Program-made: the position numbers and the translations under genes
Notes under the pieces: model-generated
What the model was told of the DNA's origin: nothing
What the model saw: only the letters and a program-made list of their open reading frames with translations
Database searches by the model: none
Source: Patescibacteria group bacterium
GTDB lineage: Bacteria > Patescibacteriota > Patescibacteriia > JACQRZ01
Assembly: GCA_038065125.1 (NCBI GenBank)
Contig: JBBTRP010000006.1
Span: 172 to 64,171 of the forward strand
Length of the DNA stretch: 64,000 nucleotides
Reading direction: 5' to 3'
Part shown: positions 58,481 to 64,000 of the stretch, piece after piece
Layout: each line of letters starts with the position of its first letter
How positions within the stretch are numbered: position 1 is the first letter of the stretch

Positions 58481-59749
58481 ATGAATAGGAAGAATCTTCC
58501 CACTCTGTATGTGGAGAGCGGAGCTTCTCTGGTAGTCCACAACCGCATCTCTGACAGCGAATTTGCGGCTGCTCAAGACAGGCTGCCTATTCCGTCGACC
58601 GATATTGTCGTGATCAACCTTCAACGAAGAACACTGTATCTCGCTCGGCGGAGTTCTGCACCGGCTGCCGGCCAGTACTGGTGGTTCGGCGGCGCTATGG
58701 TAAAGAGTGAGACCGACCTCCAGGCGGCGCAAAATCGTTTCAGGGACGAAGCAGGGCTCTATCTACCCGAGAACCGTTTTGAATTTGTACGAGCATTCGA
58801 CAATATTTGGGCGGATCGCTGTCAGGAGCCATGCCGCAATGGTGTCCACTTCAAAACTCGTCTCTTCACTGTCGACTTACGGCCAGACGAGCTGGAGGCC
58901 GTACAAAGAAAGGTTGATGACGAGGAGGTTCACTTTTCGTCTCCACTCATGGAGTGTGACCGAAGTGAACTGAACTGGCGGCACCATGCCGGCCAAATCC
59001 CTTCCACGGTTCTTGACGCATATGACGCGATCTTTGCTCCGCAGCAGTTCGCGACCAAGGAGGAATGGTTCGAGCTCCTCATACGCATCTATGGCGACTC
59101 CGTGTCTGCCGTGTATGTCGATGCGGGAAATCGAATCACCTACATCTTCGGTCAAACTAAAGACAACCAGGGGGAGGTCCTCGATGCAGTTTCCGGGCCG
59201 ATGCCTAGTCGCCCAGTTTCTAGACTGATCGCGATCCCGACACTGGAGGCTGGATACGGTTTTCCCGGATACGCCGCATGGAGAAAAGATCTTCTTGAAC
59301 GGGGATTCGATGAGCAGAACATCATCGGCATCGACGAGGCTATAGACCTCGTGCAGCCCTGCACTTCCGCGGAAGCTCTCGGGCTTGTCCGGTGGTTGCA
59401 GGGTCACCCCGAGGTGACGGTCGTTTATATCGTGGCGACGCGGTTGCATATGGCGCGGGTTTTCATTACAACTGTCAGTGCGCTCTATCGCTTGGGCATG
59501 ACACAAGTGAAGGTGTATGCGGCGCCGACGGATGCAGCGTCATGGTGCGAGCACGTCACCCACTCGCAAGGGGTTGAAACCGGCATGCGGCTCGACCTTC
59601 TGCAAGGAGAGCTGGTCCGGATCGAGCGGTACTACGAAAAGTCCGCGAGAGACCCTGATGTTGTCGGGCTGGTGTCTGCCCGCAAGGTACTTGATTATCT
59701 TAACGCTCGCAGCACTCTCGAAACCGTGGTGGAATCAAGCACTCTGTAA
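58481..59749 (+). CDS. GDP-mannose mannosyl hydrolase-like Nudix domain fused to a DUF218/YdcF-like domain
   Basis: N-terminal PIPSTDIV..LARRSSAPAAGQYWWFGGAMVKSET..DEAGL..GVH; C-terminal TSAEA..YIVATRLHMARV. Confidence 0.65.
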   Translation: MNRKNLPTLYVESGASLVVHNRISDSEFAAAQDRLPIPSTDIVVINLQRRTLYLARRSSAPAAGQYWWFGGAMVKSETDLQAAQNRFRDEAGLYLPENRFEFVRAFDNIWADRCQEPCRNGVHFKTRLFTVDLRPDELEAVQRKVDDEEVHFSSPLMECDRSELNWRHHAGQIPSTVLDAYDAIFAPQQFATKEEWFELLIRIYGDSVSAVYVDAGNRITYIFGQTKDNQGEVLDAVSGPMPSRPVSRLIAIPTLEAGYGFPGYAAWRKDLLERGFDEQNIIGIDEAIDLVQPCTSAEALGLVRWLQGHPEVTVVYIVATRLHMARVFITTVSALYRLGMTQVKVYAAPTDAASWCEHVTHSQGVETGMRLDLLQGELVRIERYYEKSARDPDVVGLVSARKVLDYLNARSTLETVVESSTL

Positions 59750-59766
59750 GGGTGCTTCTTTATTTT
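59737..59766 (+). terminator. Putative intrinsic terminator spanning the stop codon
   Basis: AAGCACTCT-GTA-AGGGTGCTT followed by CTTTATTTT. Confidence 0.7.
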
Positions 59767-59791
59767 ATGCTCCATGCTAGAGTGAGACCGT

Positions 59792-60955
59792 ATGAACGTG
59801 ACCATTTCTGTCGGAGGAAAGTTCCAAGCGTTTGATCTTGCGAGAGAGCTTGAAAAGAGAGGAGGGCTTTCGCGACTAATTACGTCGTACCCCCGTTCAT
59901 TTCTGGACCCATACGAGGTTCCGCGGTCGAAGGTGCGCTCTGTTCTTCTCAAAGAGGGGATTGAGCGGGCATGGAAGCTGTTACCGTTTAGATTAAGAAC
60001 GTGTTTGAATCCACAGAACCTTGCGTGTGAGACGTATGACAGAATTGCAGAGCAGCTGCTCCCGGGCGAGATAGACATTTTTGTTGGCTTCAGTTCGTTT
60101 TCACTTCACAGTTTGCGAGAAGCAAAAAAGCGCGGAGCAAAAATCGTTATCGAGCGCGCAAGCTCGCACATCGCGTACCAAGACAAGCTCTTGCGTGAGG
60201 AGTATAATAGGCTCGGCACCACAATTTTTCCCTGGCAGCTCTCTCACCCGAAGAATATCGAAAAGGAGCTACTTGAGTACGAGGAGGCAGACTTCATTTC
60301 CGTTCCTTCAACGTTTGTAAAAAATACTTTTCTCGAGTATGGCTTTCCACCCGAGAAGATTGTTGCCATTCCTTACGGTGTAGATGTGCGCATGTTCAGC
60401 CCCACTGTCAAGCGCGACTCGGTTTTCCGACTCATCTTCGGCGGGGGTCTCGTAATCCGCAAGGGCGTACACTATCTTCTGCAGGCCTTCGCGGAGCTTA
60501 ATCTACCCAAAGCCGAGCTCCTTCTTATTGGTCCGGTGACAGAAGAGATTAGACCATTTTTAAAAAAGTATGCCGGATCTTTTAGACAAATCAACTATCA
60601 GCCGCTCTCTGAACTATACAACTTCTACTCCCAAGGTTCTGTTTTTGTTTTTCCTTCACTCGAGGAGGGGCATGGCCTTGTAATCTCCCAGGCTATGGCG
60701 TGCGGCTTACCGGTTATCGTGTCTACAAACACTATTGCGCATGACTTGGTCCGGGAGGGCGCTGACGGGTTTGTGATCCCAGTCCGTGACGTCGATGCGC
60801 TCAAGGAAAAAATACTTTTTTTCTATAATCACCCAGAAAAGAGAGATGAAATGGGCGAGAGTGCCTTACAACGCATGAGACGCTCATTCACTTGGGATGA
60901 GTATGGTGATACAATGATGCGTGCCTATAAAATGATATGCCAATCAGCACGATAG
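59792..60955 (+). CDS. GT4 glycosyltransferase
   Basis: PYGVD, RKG, FPSLEEGHGLVISQAMACG. Confidence 0.9.
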   Translation: MNVTISVGGKFQAFDLARELEKRGGLSRLITSYPRSFLDPYEVPRSKVRSVLLKEGIERAWKLLPFRLRTCLNPQNLACETYDRIAEQLLPGEIDIFVGFSSFSLHSLREAKKRGAKIVIERASSHIAYQDKLLREEYNRLGTTIFPWQLSHPKNIEKELLEYEEADFISVPSTFVKNTFLEYGFPPEKIVAIPYGVDVRMFSPTVKRDSVFRLIFGGGLVIRKGVHYLLQAFAELNLPKAELLLIGPVTEEIRPFLKKYAGSFRQINYQPLSELYNFYSQGSVFVFPSLEEGHGLVISQAMACGLPVIVSTNTIAHDLVREGADGFVIPVRDVDALKEKILFFYNHPEKRDEMGESALQRMRRSFTWDEYGDTMMRAYKMICQSAR

Positions 60956-61998
60956 TCCGCGAAGACATTAAGGTAATTGTCGAAAGCCTTTCGAGTGACT
61001 TGCAGACATTTACTGGTAAATCCGTTCTTGTGACAGGTGGGTGCGGTTTTTTGGGAAGATACCTGATAGCGACATTACTGGAGATGAATGAGAATCTCTC
61101 TATCCCTTGTAAAGTTATATGCGCGGATACATTCATTACTTCTTCTCGGGAGCAGGCAATCTTTGACTCCGACGATCCCAACTTTACCCTTCTGGAGCAC
61201 GATGTGTGCGTGGAGTTGCCGCAGCATATTCGGCCCGACTACATTATCCATGCCGCTGGACTTGCGTCGCCTTTTTACTACCGCAAACATCCGATCGATA
61301 CGATGCGCGTATCAGTTGAGGGTACGCGTACACTACTCGATCGCGCTCGATTTGCGGGTACGAGTAAAATAATTTATTTTAGCTCATCGGAAATCTACGG
61401 CGACCCTGTTCCTGAATGTATTCCCACGCCCGAAACGTACTGGGGAAATGTTTCATGTCTTGGCCCTCGCGCGTGCTATGATGAATCCAAGAGGCTCGGT
61501 GAGACGATTTGTAGCGTCTACCAGTCACTATACGGAGTCCCTGTTTCTATCGTCAGGCCGTTTAATGTATATGGACCTGGGGGACTTGCCGCCCAGGATT
61601 TTCGAGTCATCCCTGCGTTCCTCACGGCAGCTTTTGCGGGGAAAAAGATGCCGGTACACGGCAAAGGGAATCAGACGAGGACATTTTGCTATATGACAGA
61701 CGCAATTGTCGGTTTCTTTAAGGTGCTTCTACATGGAAGGCCTGGCGAGGCGTATAATATTGGGCACAATCAAGATGAAATCAATGTGATCTCGCTTGCT
61801 CACGTCATTACAGAGCTGATCGGCGGGGGTACTCAAGAGCTTGTTGACTATCCGGAGACATACCCTGCGGGCGAGCCTCAGCGACGCTGCCCCGATCTAT
61901 CCAAGGCGCAGCGGGAGCTTCATTTCTCCCCGACAATTGATTTGCGATCTGGTCTTATTCGAACGATTCAATGGTATAGAGAGAGTCAGTTGATATGA
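60937..61998 (+). CDS. UDP-glucuronate decarboxylase-like SDR
   Basis: TGGCGFLG, ASP, SSSEIYGDP, GPRACYDESKR, QTRTFCY. Confidence 0.82.
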   Translation: MPISTIVREDIKVIVESLSSDLQTFTGKSVLVTGGCGFLGRYLIATLLEMNENLSIPCKVICADTFITSSREQAIFDSDDPNFTLLEHDVCVELPQHIRPDYIIHAAGLASPFYYRKHPIDTMRVSVEGTRTLLDRARFAGTSKIIYFSSSEIYGDPVPECIPTPETYWGNVSCLGPRACYDESKRLGETICSVYQSLYGVPVSIVRPFNVYGPGGLAAQDFRVIPAFLTAAFAGKKMPVHGKGNQTRTFCYMTDAIVGFFKVLLHGRPGEAYNIGHNQDEINVISLAHVITELIGGGTQELVDYPETYPAGEPQRRCPDLSKAQRELHFSPTIDLRSGLIRTIQWYRESQLI

Positions 61999-62780
61999 TG
62001 AATGCTCACCAAACAACAGAGGCGTGGAGAAGAGTCATGACCCCAGAGAGTTATCGTGAGACGGTTACCTCACAAACGGAGCTCAAGCGCGTTACCTCAT
62101 TCTCACGCCTCTGGAGACGTATCTTTCGTCACCTACCACCAGTCAGCCTCGATACGCTTGCAATATTTGAGGCTGGCTGCGGAGGGGGGAAACACCTCGC
62201 ACCGTTTGCATACGCCGGCGCGCGCATCTCCGGACTTGACTGCTCAGAAGCAGCGATTCTCAACGCGCGACAGTTATTTGTAGATATTGAGCGCATCTCC
62301 GGTAAGAACCTGTCTGCGACCCTTGAGTGTGGAGATTTTTTTGTATATAACTCGAAATCAAACTATGACATTGTTTTCCACTCCGGGGTTATTGAACACT
62401 TTTTGGATGCAGGTGAGAGAATACAGTTTTTAAGAAAAATGACCTCGTGTGTAGTGAGTGGAGGAACGGTCGTCTCAATAGTTCCCAACGGTTGTCACCC
62501 GCTGCGTGGTCGTATGAAAAAAGAGGGTCTGGGCGGCTATCTAATTCCTGAAATTGATTATACGCCAGAGCTCATGCATGCAGAATTTGAAGAGGCGGGT
62601 CTCGAAAATGTGACGATTCTTGCGCATAACCTTTTCGACTACCTGACACTCGATAAACCTTCCGTATTTGCCCGAGTTGCATACATTGGGTTACAGCTTT
62701 TATCGCCGAATCTTTTCCCATTATCATTTTCGAGTCGCCACGCCGGCACCCTCATTGCACTTGGCACTGTTCGACGATAA
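61995..62780 (+). CDS. Class I SAM-dependent methyltransferase
   Basis: EAGCGGG, GVIEHF, GG..VSIVPN. Confidence 0.82.
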   Translation: MMNAHQTTEAWRRVMTPESYRETVTSQTELKRVTSFSRLWRRIFRHLPPVSLDTLAIFEAGCGGGKHLAPFAYAGARISGLDCSEAAILNARQLFVDIERISGKNLSATLECGDFFVYNSKSNYDIVFHSGVIEHFLDAGERIQFLRKMTSCVVSGGTVVSIVPNGCHPLRGRMKKEGLGGYLIPEIDYTPELMHAEFEEAGLENVTILAHNLFDYLTLDKPSVFARVAYIGLQLLSPNLFPLSFSSRHAGTLIALGTVRR

Positions 62781-62792
62781 GAAATTGTTGTT

Positions 62793-64000
62793 ATGGATGA
62801 TTTGAGAGAGCGCGTTCTAATTTCGGTGGTGCGATACGTCTCCTACGGAGTTTTTATTATTCCGTTGTTTATTACGCGGACCACATTTTTTCCGTATATA
62901 TTCGGCAAGATGCTCGTATTCCAGGCGCTTGTTGAAATTGGGGGTTTGGCGTGGCTGCTCCTTGCGATGATGTCTCCTCGATATCGACCATCATGGCGTA
63001 ATCCGATCGTTTCTAGCGTTACGGCGTTTATCGGCGTCCTCGTTATAAGCACTTTTGTAAGTACGTCGCCCCAAGCATCGCTGTGGTCAAGTCAGGAGCG
63101 TATGACCGGATTAGTCGCGCTTCTTCATTTCTGGCTATGGTTCCTGACGCTTCACGCCTGCTTCCGCTCCTCAAGGGAGTGGGATCAGTTCATTCGTTTC
63201 AGTATCGTCATCTCACTCGTTGTTGGACTCTATGGCCTCGGACAGAAGTTTCATCTGCCGTTTGTCATGCCAAACGCCACTGGTGAGAGGCTTGCATCAA
63301 CACTGGGAAATCCCATTTATCTCGGGATCTATTCGATGATTCATGTTTTTCTATCCGGAATTCTGGCGCTAAAAGCGACCTCAAGAAAAGGAATCTTTTT
63401 TTATAGTGCATTAGTGGTTTTTAACGTAGCGATACTTTTATTATCCTATAGTAGGGGGGTGTTTTATGTATTTCTTCTCTCCTGCGTTATCCTCGCGATA
63501 TACGCGGTGATGCTAAGGGTCAAAAAATTCTCATGGGCCGCCGTCGCAGGCTCACTCGGAATAATAATCCTTTTGATATTCGGCCTTCTCTGGATTCGAT
63601 CACCGGCCGCGTCTGCGTATCTATCAAAAACCCCCGAAGCATTTCAAAGAGTCATCACGCGTAATGTCGTCGACAACGATCGCATCGCGCTGTGGTCGGT
63701 GGGCATACGCGGCTTTCTGGAAAGGCCGCTTTTCGGCTGGGGCTTGGAAAACTTCAATCTCGTTTATTATAAATTGACGCACCCTACTGAGCGAGGAGCT
63801 CATTTGCAACAGGCGTGGTTTGATCGATCGCACAATCAAGTTATTGATATACTCTCGCTGAGTGGTGTCATCGGATTTACGGCCTACGCTGCTGTCTGGG
63901 TGCTCCTCATGGGGTGTTTGATGCGGCATATACGGAAAGCGCTATCCGTCCGCGAGAAATTGTGCAGTGCAGCGCTCCTTGTACTCTTTGGCGCCTATTT
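62793..64000 (+). CDS. O-antigen ligase (Wzy_C/WaaL)-like membrane protein, runs off the window (absent from ORF track)
   Basis: Manual translation MDDLRERVL..FFPYIFGK..; in-frame motifs RLASTLGNPIYLG, SRG, RIALW, RPLFGWGLENF, FDRSHN. Confidence 0.85.
   Translation, partial: MDDLRERVLISVVRYVSYGVFIIPLFITRTTFFPYIFGKMLVFQALVEIGGLAWLLLAMMSPRYRPSWRNPIVSSVTAFIGVLVISTFVSTSPQASLWSSQERMTGLVALLHFWLWFLTLHACFRSSREWDQFIRFSIVISLVVGLYGLGQKFHLPFVMPNATGERLASTLGNPIYLGIYSMIHVFLSGILALKATSRKGIFFYSALVVFNVAILLLSYSRGVFYVFLLSCVILAIYAVMLRVKKFSWAAVAGSLGIIILLIFGLLWIRSPAASAYLSKTPEAFQRVITRNVVDNDRIALWSVGIRGFLERPLFGWGLENFNLVYYKLTHPTERGAHLQQAWFDRSHNQVIDILSLSGVIGFTAYAAVWVLLMGCLMRHIRKALSVREKLCSAALLVLFGAY

Noticed and set aside
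1-64000. CRISPR array, integrase, transposase, integron attC sites, alternative genetic code
   Set aside because: No regularly spaced repeats, recombinase ORFs or attC-like cores were seen around the cassette-like genes; TGA ends full-length genes such as topA.

Overview
Bacterial DNA using genetic code 11 (TGA is a stop). The gene inventory and style suggest Patescibacteria/CPR; this is an inference from dprA-topA, a short Rel, PEGA and LCP genes, a CPR-type O-antigen-ligase-like gene and almost no Shine-Dalgarno motifs. Bases 1-9.1 kb are housekeeping: dprA, topA, a rubredoxin-ahpC-sod operon, rel, a PEGA protein, an LCP protein and tRNA-Val(CAC). From 9.15 kb to the window end is a >54 kb mosaic surface-glycan locus of about 50 genes with 13 strand switches. 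It encodes heptose enzymes, CDP-glucose and GDP-mannose deoxysugar routes, a ColD-type His-PLP enzyme, two sugar C-methyltransferases, a TPP alpha/beta pair, a polyprenyl-phosphoribose module, 13 extended SDRs, many glycosyltransferases, Wzx and a ligase-like gene. The most notable signals are: (i) resident genes mostly start in a U-AUG, SD-less, often near-leaderless context, whereas three hydrolase genes sit in self-contained promoter-SD-ORF-terminator units; (ii) two unusual fusions, heptose kinase-cupin and Gmm-type Nudix-DUF218; (iii) a convergent pair of Fcl-like SDRs that both lack the catalytic Tyr; (iv) a divergent DJ-1/2-hydroxyacid dehydrogenase and TPP-carboligase module; (v) a degenerate tRNA 3' half next to the tRNA, and heptamer-repeat hairpins. 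All calls are by manual motif recognition; no database search was run.
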